Positions 46,835 to 57,405 of a stretch of DNA of 64,000 nucleotides are shown here, piece by piece. Numbering within the stretch: position 1 is the stretch's first letter; every line of letters begins with the position of its first letter. The notes beneath the pieces were generated by a model. The model saw only the letters and a program-made list of their open reading frames with translations, was not told the origin of the DNA and did no database searches. Source of the DNA: a virus. Taxonomy: Duplodnaviria; Caudoviricetes. The position numbers were made by a program, and so were the translations under genes. The DNA lies in the IMG/VR virus record IMGVR_UViG_2902759955_000002, positions 1 through 64,000 of that record; one strand, given 5' to 3'.

Positions 46835-46907
46835 CGTCTCGTTGCCAATCATTTGACCTGAGCAAAAAAAGAAGGAACGCGAAAAGCGGTGCGTCCCGTC
46901 GGAGCCT

Positions 46908-47657
46908 TCAAGGAAGTAGAAACCACGTAGGTCTCTTTCCTCGTAGGAGGTGATAGCGAACACTGGTAAGACCGATTGCTCGCCCAGCCGCGCTGATGCT
47001 TGGATAGACGACTCCATCGATGGATACGCGGTGTCCCATTTCATCTAAGCGGTTTCGTGAACCCAAGAATTTGGCTGGATCCCTCCACGCCTTTTTTAAT
47101 CCCTCGGCCAGTCGCTGCCGCTGCTCGATAGTTCTCTTTTGCCCCGTCGTCTTGGCAACGATCTTAGCGAGGCTTTCCGGGGTGACAGCTCTCCCTTTTT
47201 GCCACGCTGAGAGTTTTGCTTTGTGCTCAGGGGTAAATACGATCCCCTTCCGCCCTGCAGAGATCTTCGCGCGGTGTTCCGGTGTGAACTTGATGCCGAA
47301 CATCGTCCGCTTGACATCCTTTTGGATGTTGACCAGAAGCCCGGATGGTTCATGGTGCTTTATGACGTCCTGTTCCAGCTTGAAAGCGGATTCTCGGAGA
47401 TCCATGGCACTTCCAGAAACTGCCACGACAAACAATTCCACGTGGAAGCGTGGATCTTTGTTGAAGAGTCGTTGCAAGTGTTGATTGGGATGGCGTTTGG
47501 CCTTCAGGTCATTGAAATGCCTCGCACGTCTGACCGCAAGGTCAATCGCGCTACCTACATAAACCTTCTTGGAAACCAAGTGGGTCAGGACATATACACC
47601 GCACAGCTTCGGCGTGCGCGTCGGCTTGGCGCCAGTCCAAAGTAAATCAAGTTCCAT
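46908..47657 (-). mobile_element. Free-standing GIY-YIG homing endonuclease with NUMOD3-like repeats
   Basis: GVYVL...VYVGSA..L..R...H, tandem TPEHRAKIS/TPEHKAKLS repeats, C-terminal IDGVVYPSISAAGR; lower GC. Confidence 0.88.
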
Positions 47658-47687
47658 GGAAACATCCTACGGTTGTTAGCGCAGGAT

Positions 47688-47705
47688 AGTGATATGTGGC
47701 CAAGT
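47688..47705 (-). promoter_or_regulatory. Putative early promoter driving the endonuclease
   Basis: Minus strand ACTTGGCCACATATCACT. Confidence 0.6.
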
Positions 47706-47725
47706 TTAAATTCAAGGAAAACAGT

Positions 47726-48961
47726 ATGGCTACTGCCCGATCGATTTCTACCGTTTTTGAGGAAGCGTGCGGTCAATTGGTGTTAGATTCTGCGTTTGCT
47801 AAAAGGCTGGCGACTTACCAGAGCAGCTGGAAGCACAAAAACGACGACCACATCAAATTCTTTGGTGGCAATCTCCTCGGTGTCGAAGTGGTGCGCTTTA
47901 CGGAAGCTGATCGCGACCAGTGGTTCGATGAAATCCTGAAGGCGGATCAGAACAACCTGAGCGAGCAACTGCTGGCGCTCCCCACGGTGAATCCCGAGTT
48001 CAATGTGTCGAGCGACACGATGAACCTGTCGTGTGCGTGGCTCATGCATGTGCTTTACACCTCACCGAAGCTGAATCCCCAGCAGAAGCATGACGCGATG
48101 CTCGATGTGGCGCTGGTACTGAACTACAAGTTCCTGACCTCGCGTCTGTTTCGTCATTTCAAGTACCCCGCTGATCGCGCGACGGCGGAAGCGACCTATG
48201 CCGCGCTCTCAGGCAAGTTTGCGATCAAGCAGTTGGGTAGTTGGGCGCGTGTGCTCGAACAGCGTAGCGAGGATCTGATTTCACCGGAGGGACTGCACTT
48301 CAATGCGATCTCGCGAATGAATAACGATCTGGAGGTGATCTATCTTCTGAACGACACGCAGGGTCGTATCCGGGACATGCTCAAGAACATCTACGATGTC
48401 TTCATGCAGATCCATCATCAGGGGATCCGCATCCAGTCCACGTCTTCGCTGGTGGACTACGACGGCGAAGTGGTACTGAAGGACAAGAACAAGAACGTCT
48501 TGGCCTATACGCGCTATCTCCACGCCATCGTCACGGACAAGTCATCGTTCATGCGCGAGGAGCTGATGGAGCTGATCGAGAAGCTGATGCATACGACGCC
48601 ACCCCGTCTTTTCCGGGAGACGCTGGGCTGGCTGTCGGATAACTATCGGCAATCAGGCGCTGGGAAGATCGAGGAGCTCTTGAACGAGACCCTCATCCAC
48701 AGTTTCGACTACCTGGCCGAAGAGCGCACGATGATGCGTAGCCACGTTGATCTGCCGACGTTACTCGCACGTCTGAAGGGCGTGTACACCTCTTCACGCA
48801 GCATTGACCCCGCGCTCTTTTCGCTGCGCGATAAGGCGCAGTGGTGTGTGAAACAGGCTACGGGCAATCGCAATGACTCAGTCATTGCATCGGTTCGGAC
48901 CGCAGTTCTGCTTTACGTGGTCATCCGGACCATGACCATGCAGCACTACACCAACAAGTAG
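47726..48961 (+). CDS. Conserved phiKZ-like core/structural protein
   Basis: 411 aa, CAAGGAAA RBS, FFGGNLLGV motif. Confidence 0.7.
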   Translation: MATARSISTVFEEACGQLVLDSAFAKRLATYQSSWKHKNDDHIKFFGGNLLGVEVVRFTEADRDQWFDEILKADQNNLSEQLLALPTVNPEFNVSSDTMNLSCAWLMHVLYTSPKLNPQQKHDAMLDVALVLNYKFLTSRLFRHFKYPADRATAEATYAALSGKFAIKQLGSWARVLEQRSEDLISPEGLHFNAISRMNNDLEVIYLLNDTQGRIRDMLKNIYDVFMQIHHQGIRIQSTSSLVDYDGEVVLKDKNKNVLAYTRYLHAIVTDKSSFMREELMELIEKLMHTTPPRLFRETLGWLSDNYRQSGAGKIEELLNETLIHSFDYLAEERTMMRSHVDLPTLLARLKGVYTSSRSIDPALFSLRDKAQWCVKQATGNRNDSVIASVRTAVLLYVVIRTMTMQHYTNK

Positions 48962-49038
48962 GGCACACGCAGAGGGCATACCCCGCGCGGTGCGCACAGA
49001 AGGTGGAGTCTCTTCATCCTTACTTGGATTGACCCGTT

Positions 49039-49479
49039 ATGGCAGTACGAGATGTGATCGGCGAAGCGGCCCGGGCGATACTGGCGCGATTCACTGCGCT
49101 AGTGCTCGGACCTTCATCGGAACGCGTTGCGAAGGAGCCGCCCGGCGGCATCAGCAGTTTGACGGTGACCACTGTCCACGGTTATGACGTGATTCTTTGC
49201 TGCGAGGCGAGTTACATGGAGCGCTGCTACACGCGCTTTTATGTGCCGTCGCGTTTCATCGCAACCTACCGTGTCTATGCGATGGTGCCCCTCGATGCAC
49301 CCGAGCGCTTACGCACGTTGGCTGGAAATTTCTCGATGACAATTCCGCGGCGGTATGGATCGCTCGCCCAGGAGCCGGCACAGAAACGCGCGGCGCTCCA
49401 AAGCTATCTGGATGCGTTGTTCCGCCGTCTTGAGCGACGCATTTATACGGACCAACGGTCGATGCGTTTGTTTGGTTGA
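49039..49479 (+). CDS. Hypothetical protein
   Basis: 146-aa ORF ending at a terminator. Confidence 0.5.
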   Translation: MAVRDVIGEAARAILARFTALVLGPSSERVAKEPPGGISSLTVTTVHGYDVILCCEASYMERCYTRFYVPSRFIATYRVYAMVPLDAPERLRTLAGNFSMTIPRRYGSLAQEPAQKRAALQSYLDALFRRLERRIYTDQRSMRLFG

Positions 49480-49481
49480 CG

Positions 49482-49522
49482 TCATAAAAGGCCAGGGCTC
49501 TGCAGCCCTGGCCCTTATGCCC
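49482..49522. terminator. Bidirectional terminator
   Basis: CATAAA-GGCCAGGGCT-CTGC-AGCCCTGGCC-CTTATG. Confidence 0.8.
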
Positions 49523-51766
49523 TTATGCCGCCTGCCGCACGAACCGGCGTTCATATTGCGACATCGACGTGGGGAGCCGATCGCTGAAGGAACCGTGCAA
49601 GTTGTTCGAGAGATTGTGCCCCGCCATGCGGTTGGTTTCCCGGCGCAGTCGCTCCCGACGTTTCTCACGCGACTTGGCGATGAGGGTATCCAAGCTGAAG
49701 GTCTCGTCGACTTCCGCCACGCGCTGCTTGTCGAGCAGTCGCAGCTGGTGCTCCAGCTTCATGATGATCCACTCATTGTCTTCCCGGCTGAGTTCTTCAT
49801 AGAGTGCCTCCATCGCCTCCAGAACTTGCTGCTGTTCCTGACGCTGTTCGCGATCCATGATGGTCTCTTCGGTCTGTCCGCCCAGTGCAGCGCCAATGCG
49901 ACGCTGATCGATCCCGTAGAACGACAACTGCTTGCCGCGTGTCAGCAAGAAGTGCACGAGGAGCCAGCCAATGACCAAGTCATCATGCCCGCCGCTCGGG
50001 TGATCGATACGGCCATTCTTCGAGATGAGGGAAGTGATCTGGTCGATCAGGGCCTTGTCGTGCACCATGCTGCAAGCGCGCTTCGCAGCCAGCTGCAGCG
50101 TCGTGGAATACAGCTCACTGCGGGACGTGAGACCTGAGCCCCCCGAGGTGCTGAATCCAAAGAGCTTCTTCAGGCGGGCGTAGACGTCACGATTGCGACG
50201 ACCCATCGGCACGGAGATCTCCTTGAAGCGCTCCGGATACTCGTCATATTCCTGCACGACCTTGCTAAAGAGCCGACGGAACGGATCGATGCCGTGCTCT
50301 GGGAGCATCAGGCAGAGGAAGTCCAGCACGGCGACCCCGGTACTGCGGTTTTCGATGACGGCCGTGAAATTCTCCCAGCGCACGAACCAGCGCGAGAACC
50401 ACTGACAGAAGGTGATCAGGTTGGTCTCGTTGTAGGTGCCCGCTGCGACCACTTCCAGCGTTTCCACGTCGACGAGGATGAGCGAGATATCATCGCCGCC
50501 TGAGGCATTGGACGTATCCATACCCAGCACGAATTGTGAGTCCAGCATGCGCTGTTCGATCTCTTCCTCCTCGATATACCAGCGCGTCGTGTAGCCTTCC
50601 GGGCTGATCTCCGTGTGCTTCACGTCCTTCACGCTGTTCGAGATGGCCTTCAGCACCGCGATGGGGATCGGGTTGGTGAGCGAGCCGGCCGTCCACATGT
50701 TGAAGAAGTCTCGGTTTGCATCGTCGCCGCTGGAGGTCGACTCTTCAATCTTGCCCCGCAGCCACTGGTCGGTCTTACCCAGCTGACGATGGTTCAGCGT
50801 GATGTTCACCCGGTAGACGCCCCCGCCTTCGCCGCGGGAGGCCTTGCGGATCATGTGCTCGAGTTCTTCCGCATCCCGCGCATCAAAGAAACGCTCCGTC
50901 CAGATGGCGGCCGCTTGCAACAGACCGTAGATGAAGGAACCGTCCTTGTCATCGATTTTGCCAGCGGTCGTCGTGAAGATGGTGCCGTACTGGCCGCCAT
51001 TGGCTTTCACCTTATCCACCGCCGCACCGGTTGCCGCCAGTGCCGAGCCCACCGCGATCTTCACGTTCGGCTGGAAAGGGCCTTCGTCGATGTGCATGAT
51101 GGGCGAGGTCAAACCGCGACCCAGCTTGTAGGCACCTTTTTCCGACGCCTGCGGGACGTGCGTCTTGTAGATGTTGAAGCGCGAATTGACCGTGATCGCT
51201 TCGCTATTGTTCGTGTCGACCTTCGGGTTGCGCTGTTGCAGATAGCCCGGCAGCTCGTCGATGCATTTCTTGAGCCGGTCGATGTTGGTCTTGCGAAGGA
51301 TTTCGTCCTTCGTCAACAGGTTGATTTCCGTCCGTTCGCAGACGATGTTCAGGAGCAGCGACATCAACAAGTCGGTGGACAGGGACTTTCCGGTCTGACG
51401 GATCTGGATGAGAAACGTCATGACGTGGTTGAAGAAGCACCAGAAGAGGGCCACGTTGCCGCGGTTGCCTTCAAACTGTGTTGCGTCTCCACCCCCGATG
51501 GCGGGTACCCGTGCGACCTCGCGCATGTAGTACCAGCAGTTATTCGCACACTCCACCGCAATCATGATCATCTCTTCGCGGGTCAGGTCCGGCGCAAAGG
51601 GATCAACGCCTTGCAGGCGAGGGTTCAGCAAAGCGAGGGGGAACGCGTGGTTCTTGATCCCCATTTTCTTGTACAGCATGACCAGACGGACATAGCTCTG
51701 GTTGCTCGTCTTCGTATCGATGATGGCGTTCGGATACTTCAGCCAGTCGGATTCAAATAGCAGCAT
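49523..51766 (-). CDS. terL: Terminase large subunit (phiKZ gp25-like)
   Basis: Walker A IRQTGKS, Walker B HIDE, coupling motif TTT, nuclease LGMDTS and GHDDLVIG. Confidence 0.93.
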   Translation of the reverse strand: MLLFESDWLKYPNAIIDTKTSNQSYVRLVMLYKKMGIKNHAFPLALLNPRLQGVDPFAPDLTREEMIMIAVECANNCWYYMREVARVPAIGGGDATQFEGNRGNVALFWCFFNHVMTFLIQIRQTGKSLSTDLLMSLLLNIVCERTEINLLTKDEILRKTNIDRLKKCIDELPGYLQQRNPKVDTNNSEAITVNSRFNIYKTHVPQASEKGAYKLGRGLTSPIMHIDEGPFQPNVKIAVGSALAATGAAVDKVKANGGQYGTIFTTTAGKIDDKDGSFIYGLLQAAAIWTERFFDARDAEELEHMIRKASRGEGGGVYRVNITLNHRQLGKTDQWLRGKIEESTSSGDDANRDFFNMWTAGSLTNPIPIAVLKAISNSVKDVKHTEISPEGYTTRWYIEEEEIEQRMLDSQFVLGMDTSNASGGDDISLILVDVETLEVVAAGTYNETNLITFCQWFSRWFVRWENFTAVIENRSTGVAVLDFLCLMLPEHGIDPFRRLFSKVVQEYDEYPERFKEISVPMGRRNRDVYARLKKLFGFSTSGGSGLTSRSELYSTTLQLAAKRACSMVHDKALIDQITSLISKNGRIDHPSGGHDDLVIGWLLVHFLLTRGKQLSFYGIDQRRIGAALGGQTEETIMDREQRQEQQQVLEAMEALYEELSREDNEWIIMKLEHQLRLLDKQRVAEVDETFSLDTLIAKSREKRRERLRRETNRMAGHNLSNNLHGSFSDRLPTSMSQYERRFVRQAA

Positions 51767-51897
51767 GGTGGACCTACAGACGTGTGGGTGCCTGCCAAAG
51801 ACACCGAAGCGTCTGGCAAGGGGCAAACCTTCTCCCACCGCTCCCGCCGGTGAAGGCGCGAGACAGTGAGAGCGGAATGCGTTAGATCAAGAAGGGA

Positions 51898-53589
51898 TCA
51901 GCTGGTGGATGTCAGGCACTGCACACCGGCGACGCTCAACTGCAGGTCGTTGGTGGTGGTGCGCTGGATGAACGTGACGTAGATCGTGGCCAGATTCGTG
52001 AGCGGCACGGTCGTGGTCTGTTGCGCGTTCCATTGTCCAAGCGTGCAGGTGATTTCGCTGCCATCCGGCAACTGGATGTTGAAGTGCGTCGGTACCGGCG
52101 CGGCCGTCTCGGTTTGAGGATCCGTGAGCGGCAGCGTGTTGTAATACATGGCGGTCAGCCAGTCGGCCTGTGAGGCGTAGCCGGAGGTCAGATCGATCGT
52201 GTACTGGTTTGCCGCGACTTCGGCGATGGTGGCGTAATTGCCCACCCCGAACGCAGGGGATTGACCCGGCGAGAACTGGACCTCCCACGGCGATTCGGTC
52301 GTGCCATCGTGCAGCAGGGTAATGGCCACCGACTCGGTGAAGTTGTAATCCGTGTAGCTCGCATCCACGGCCTGCAGGTTGACCTGACCGGTGATGGTCT
52401 GGACGGTCCCGTAGGTGAGTGGCTGGAACGCTGGCGAATTCGCCGAGATCGTGACGAGGCTTGTGACGTCGTACCAGTCCGTGCGGTCCAGGTCGTACAG
52501 GAACCACTCCAGCCGGTAACCACTGACCCCGTCGATCCATACCGGGAACGCGTAGAGCTTGCAGCTGTAGGCTCCGTCGGAGCTTTGCGCAATCGCCGTG
52601 TACGTGGCGTTGATGAAGAGCTGGTTGGCCACGGAGCTCGCGCCGTAGACCGCTTCGTCGGTCGACAGGTTGTACTTGAGCACCAGCTCGAACTCTTCGC
52701 CCACATTCCCCGAGACGAAGCCATCGAAGCCGAAGATCTGGAACTTCGTCCCATCCACCGGCAGCTTGGTCGTCGTGCCGTCGCTGTAGCTGACGATCCC
52801 CATCAGGTTCAGGCTGGACAGCAGGACGTTGACCGGGAACTGGATCTGCGTCGGGTTGGCGCTCGACAGGTACGGGCACTGCAGCGAAATACCGGTCACA
52901 TACTTGACCGACGTGTCTGCCGCGCGGATAAACGCCGTATTCCAGATGAGCATCTGGCGCGACGACACCACCGAACCGGTCGAGGTGTAGGCCACCGCCG
53001 TCACGGGCGTCCCATTGGGCAGCGTCGTGTTCGTGTAGGCCACATCCGGCACCATCACCGTCGCGGTCGAGCCATCGGGCATCAGTGAGCTGACAGCCGA
53101 TAACGGAATGTTCTGGCTGACCAGGGTGCCCGACTGGTTGTAATACGCACTGATGCAGCTCGTGTTATCCGACCAGTCCGCGCCCGTGAAGATCTTGATG
53201 TAGGCGGCGGAGTTGTTCGGGAACCAGCAGCGCGCATCCACCGACAGAACGTACGGCAGCACGCTCGTGTCCAGACAGCAACGGAACGTGTCGGCCGGCG
53301 TGCCGGAGTCCACTCCCTGCAGCAGATCGCCCGACGTCATCACAGCGTTTGGCGCGGTTGTGAGCGGCGTCAGGGTCGGGATGTAGGTCGTCGCATCAAG
53401 TGCGGTGATCTTGTACCAGTCATTGGTCGTGTAATCACACACGTAGTCGTTGACCTTCCCGATGTACATATTCGTGCCGGCCTGACCCTGATACAGGAGG
53501 GCCAGTGGCCAGATCTGCCAAATACCTGTCGGGTTATAGATCGGCACCCCACCGTCGGTGCCGGTAGGGAGATTGACTGTATCAGCCAT
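51898..53589 (-). CDS. Virion structural protein (phiKZ gp26-like)
   Basis: 563 aa, T/S-rich, beta-type composition; synteny with terminase and sheath. Confidence 0.7.
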   Translation of the reverse strand: MADTVNLPTGTDGGVPIYNPTGIWQIWPLALLYQGQAGTNMYIGKVNDYVCDYTTNDWYKITALDATTYIPTLTPLTTAPNAVMTSGDLLQGVDSGTPADTFRCCLDTSVLPYVLSVDARCWFPNNSAAYIKIFTGADWSDNTSCISAYYNQSGTLVSQNIPLSAVSSLMPDGSTATVMVPDVAYTNTTLPNGTPVTAVAYTSTGSVVSSRQMLIWNTAFIRAADTSVKYVTGISLQCPYLSSANPTQIQFPVNVLLSSLNLMGIVSYSDGTTTKLPVDGTKFQIFGFDGFVSGNVGEEFELVLKYNLSTDEAVYGASSVANQLFINATYTAIAQSSDGAYSCKLYAFPVWIDGVSGYRLEWFLYDLDRTDWYDVTSLVTISANSPAFQPLTYGTVQTITGQVNLQAVDASYTDYNFTESVAITLLHDGTTESPWEVQFSPGQSPAFGVGNYATIAEVAANQYTIDLTSGYASQADWLTAMYYNTLPLTDPQTETAAPVPTHFNIQLPDGSEITCTLGQWNAQQTTTVPLTNLATIYVTFIQRTTTNDLQLSVAGVQCLTSTS

Positions 53590-53613
53590 GAAGACGGCTC
53601 CAGGAAAGGGGTG

Positions 53614-56226
53614 TTAGCTGGTACTGATGGCGCTACTGGTGCCCAGTGCCGCGATCGAGACGAAGCCACCCAGACTCACCTTGTTATTCAGGTAGATCCG
53701 GATAGCGGCAGTGATGAAGCGGTAGGCATACAGATCGAGCGCAATCGTGACGCTCAGGTTGTGCGGCCGGATGGTCGTGAAGGTCGGGTCCGGCGCATTG
53801 GCGGACTGGGTCGGGTCGTACGCGAGCAGGTACTCATACGGTGCACAGACCGTGCGCACGTAGTCGTCGTTGTAGAACGACTGGAGTGCCGTCTCATCGA
53901 TCACGTCGTTCACGAAGTCGTAAATCAACTTGCAGCAAAACGGACTGAAGAGCGGATAGAGCGCCGTGATCGTGTCCGGACCACTTGCGGTCGTGGGCGG
54001 GTAGTAAAGCGTCATGTACGCTTCCACCGCCTCGTCGATCGCGGTCGACTCCGCCAGATACGTGTAGGTGTCGACATCCGTCACACTGCGCATCGGCACT
54101 ACGATCTTCTGCACCTGGTACGGTTGCCCGTTGATCGCCGCCGGCACGAGGATGTCCGTCGTCTCTTCGGCGAACTGCAGCGCGGACTTGGCGAACACCC
54201 CCCCACCCATCACCACACGCGTGACGTCGTCATCACGGATGTTGTACTGGTTGTTGTTCGAGAGCAGGCCGTACTGCACCCAGCCCACGTCCTTGTATTC
54301 AATCGGCGTGAGCGTGCTGTCACAGAATCCCGTCCAGCGGATTGTGATGTTCTGCTCTTTGTCCTGCGGGAAGTCCAACGCATTGATCGTGTTGATCATG
54401 ATCTCGGGGAAGGACATCACATAGTCCAGTCCCTGAATCAGACTGCGGCCGTTCAGGAAAACGTCGAGCTGCCCCATCGGGATCTGCATCGCAAAGAGCT
54501 GCAAGGCGTAGTTGCGAATCGCTTCTTCCTGCAACTGGATGGGGAGAATCCCTTCCGTCGGCTGGATCCCGAGCGTGTAGGCGAGGATCGTCGCGTTACT
54601 GCGCACGCAGGTGTACGTCGTCGTCAAATCCACCGACCACGACAGCACATTGCTCACCACCGAGTAGTTCGAGGACCCCGTCACATCTACCCAGTCATAC
54701 GACGGCAATCCCGTCTGACTGTCATAGGGACAGGTGTACATGCGGTAGTCGAGCCCCGCGACGAGCGTCTGGGTCTGTTCACCGTACGTGTCATCGATCT
54801 GCTGCGAGGCGCTCCCGACGAAAGCCTCGACCAGCGTGCAGGTCGGGTTCGCACAGACATAGGCCCCGCCGCTCGTGTGGTTGTAGAACCCCAGGAGCGT
54901 GCCGGTTGCGTCGTACTCCCAGATGGAAGAACTTGACTGCAGGTTGTACGGGAGCATCACCACAAGCTGCCCGGACTCGAGCGTTGGCACGAGCGGGCTG
55001 TTACCCACCAGCTGGCTCACCCGGTTGTAGCCGTAGCCGTCCTGCACCATGTCCTGCGTGACCAGGGAGGCGGGGGACGCGCCCATGATCGAGAGATACG
55101 GGGAGGCTTCGAGCGTCGCTGCCTGCCAGTTGGTCAGGGTCGCATTCGTCCCCGCCATTGCACTGACGATGTTTGCATCGGACAGCCGATACAGATCCAG
55201 GATGCGGTTGTTTTCCGGCAAGAGTGGCCTGTCCAGACCCGCCTTCCGGATATGCAATCGCACCGTGATGTTGGCGGCCGCCACCCAGTCCGTCTGCTCT
55301 GTGATGTAGCCTTGGACATACGTCGTCGGCAGGGAGTAATCACGATGCGTCACGTTACGGATCGCGTCGACCTGGTTGTGGTGGTAATACACGCCTTGCG
55401 TGTTGCCGGTGCCCGGGTCGTAGTACAGAAAGACATCGATATCTTTCTCGAAGTCAATCGTGCCGTCCCCTTCGCCGTCATAGTGCAGCAGATACTTGAA
55501 CTTGCTGTCCTTGGTGCTGGTGAAGGTCGGCAGCCCCACATACGGGAAATCGATGACCTTGTAGATCGAGCTGTCGTAGACATACTCGACTACATCACCC
55601 AACGCGACGGTCGCCACATTGATGGTCGTGACCTTATAGCCGTTGAGGAAGCAGTACACCGCCCCCGGTAACGTCGCCAGACTTGCGATCGTGTTCTGGA
55701 TCGTCGTGATGTCCGACTTCAGCGCGGGCACGACACCACCCGTCTGGATATAGTTCTTGGTCGCACCCAGTGTCGCCCGTGTGCTGGCGAAGAACGAGTT
55801 GCTATAGACCCGCAGGAAGATTGCCTCGGTATCCATGTCCAAGCCCAAGGGAGACTCGAACTGGATCGCGACAATCAGGTTGCGGTTCTTCATGACGCGG
55901 AAATAGCACTGGAAGCGCGGCAACTGAATCCCGCTCTCCGTGTAGATATCCGCAATCAGGTTGTTCTGGTTCATCGCGGTCGTGAACGTCGTCCACGCGG
56001 TGGTGCCCGAGAGCAACCCCAGCATGTACGGACTGACCTGACCGATCTGGTAGACGTGAAAATTCACGCCAGACGTGGGCAGAGTGTACGAATCCCAGAT
56101 GACCTGCACCGAATTCATCACGCCACCATCGGGCGTCAATCTCGCCAGCTGGAAGATCCCCTGCCGGTCTTGCGCCGGTGCACACCAGACATTTTTGAGT
56201 GCGTTATCGACGAGGTAATTAAACAT
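53614..56226 (-). CDS. Virion structural protein (phiKZ gp27-like)
   Basis: 870 aa, NVWCAP.QDRQ N-terminus; synteny. Confidence 0.7.
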   Translation of the reverse strand: MFNYLVDNALKNVWCAPAQDRQGIFQLARLTPDGGVMNSVQVIWDSYTLPTSGVNFHVYQIGQVSPYMLGLLSGTTAWTTFTTAMNQNNLIADIYTESGIQLPRFQCYFRVMKNRNLIVAIQFESPLGLDMDTEAIFLRVYSNSFFASTRATLGATKNYIQTGGVVPALKSDITTIQNTIASLATLPGAVYCFLNGYKVTTINVATVALGDVVEYVYDSSIYKVIDFPYVGLPTFTSTKDSKFKYLLHYDGEGDGTIDFEKDIDVFLYYDPGTGNTQGVYYHHNQVDAIRNVTHRDYSLPTTYVQGYITEQTDWVAAANITVRLHIRKAGLDRPLLPENNRILDLYRLSDANIVSAMAGTNATLTNWQAATLEASPYLSIMGASPASLVTQDMVQDGYGYNRVSQLVGNSPLVPTLESGQLVVMLPYNLQSSSSIWEYDATGTLLGFYNHTSGGAYVCANPTCTLVEAFVGSASQQIDDTYGEQTQTLVAGLDYRMYTCPYDSQTGLPSYDWVDVTGSSNYSVVSNVLSWSVDLTTTYTCVRSNATILAYTLGIQPTEGILPIQLQEEAIRNYALQLFAMQIPMGQLDVFLNGRSLIQGLDYVMSFPEIMINTINALDFPQDKEQNITIRWTGFCDSTLTPIEYKDVGWVQYGLLSNNNQYNIRDDDVTRVVMGGGVFAKSALQFAEETTDILVPAAINGQPYQVQKIVVPMRSVTDVDTYTYLAESTAIDEAVEAYMTLYYPPTTASGPDTITALYPLFSPFCCKLIYDFVNDVIDETALQSFYNDDYVRTVCAPYEYLLAYDPTQSANAPDPTFTTIRPHNLSVTIALDLYAYRFITAAIRIYLNNKVSLGGFVSIAALGTSSAISTS

Positions 56227-56303
56227 GAGACATCCCAATGGCGAATACTCCCGGGGCCAGACGGCGCCCCAGGAGTGAGAAGGAGGAAGGTCGGGAAGGG
56301 GAT

Positions 56304-57218
56304 TTAAGCGCGGGCGAGTTGCGTGAGGTTGAGCACCGCACGCAGGAACTGCTTGTTCGCGTCCTTGTGGGCCTGACGCTCGACCAGGCGGGCAAGGCCC
56401 GAATTCTTATAGGTGCGCTCGGTATGCGCGGCCATCAGGAGCGCCAGCCATGTCGGTGGGTGCTCCGTGGAGGCGGCCAGCATTTCCTCGGCATTCACGC
56501 CGAACCAGCTTCCCTTGAGGATGCTGATGAGTACGCCCGGGTTGAACTTCTCCAGCCGAACGCTCTTCGTGGCTTCGGCCGCCGTGCCGCAGAAATCCTC
56601 GATCCCATTACTCGGCGCGCTCTGCTCGTCGAGGATCGCGAAGACGTCTTCCGCACCGATTCGCATGCCGCGGGAGATTTGCGTCGCCATCTTCGTGCGC
56701 AACGTGTCATCCAGCACCGCCTCGTCGGTGAAGAGCGAGAGATAGTGGAAAGCCGAGAGGATCGAGAGGCTTAGCTGCTCGCGCGGGTCAAGCGCAAAGC
56801 GCCGCGAGACGCTCTCGCTGATCCAGCTTGCAAACACCGTCATCGCCACGGGTGACACGTCGCGCAGGAGCGCCGGGTTGTCATTGATCCAGATGTCGTT
56901 GAGTTGCGCGCGCCGATGCAGGAGCGCGTACTCGACGCCGTTGCGCAGCGCATACGCACCTTTCATCCGATCGTAGCTGCCAAAGGGGCGCACATCGATC
57001 GCCAACAGCTTCTCGCCATTCATGTCCAGCAAGAAGGGATGCGCGAACTGCGGCACGGTCAGCGCCGTGGTGCCCATGCCTTCGATCTCGATGATGTTGC
57101 TGCCGTTATCGCGCTTGTAATCGCCGTGGATGTACGTGGTTTTCAGCGCGGTTTCGAGCTTGTCGAGCACGTAGCCACCACACACCGTGGTGTCGTATGC
57201 GGTGAGGAAAGGTTTCAT
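56304..57218 (-). CDS. Virion-associated protein (phiKZ gp28-like)
   Basis: TAYDTT...F.HP...EHPPTW; divergent from the sheath gene. Confidence 0.65.
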   Translation of the reverse strand: MKPFLTAYDTTVCGGYVLDKLETALKTTYIHGDYKRDNGSNIIEIEGMGTTALTVPQFAHPFLLDMNGEKLLAIDVRPFGSYDRMKGAYALRNGVEYALLHRRAQLNDIWINDNPALLRDVSPVAMTVFASWISESVSRRFALDPREQLSLSILSAFHYLSLFTDEAVLDDTLRTKMATQISRGMRIGAEDVFAILDEQSAPSNGIEDFCGTAAEATKSVRLEKFNPGVLISILKGSWFGVNAEEMLAASTEHPPTWLALLMAAHTERTYKNSGLARLVERQAHKDANKQFLRAVLNLTQLARA

Positions 57219-57405
57219 CTCAGAGCCTCGTGGCTGCATGCCGTCGGGGAGCCCAACAGCATCCTATGTCTTAAAGGAATCGTGCGTTTTTGCGCCTCTG
57301 TCATGCGGTTTTTTGCCCGCATTCATCAGGAGTGCAAATTTTCCGAATTTATATGATGCGGCGCATCGACTTGTAAACCATATCATTCATGACAGGAATC
57401 CAACC

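Noticed and set aside
49523-51766. Possible intein or intron in the terminase or polymerase genes
   Set aside because: ORFs are continuous, of expected size, and lack C...HN intein ends or LAGLIDADG motifs
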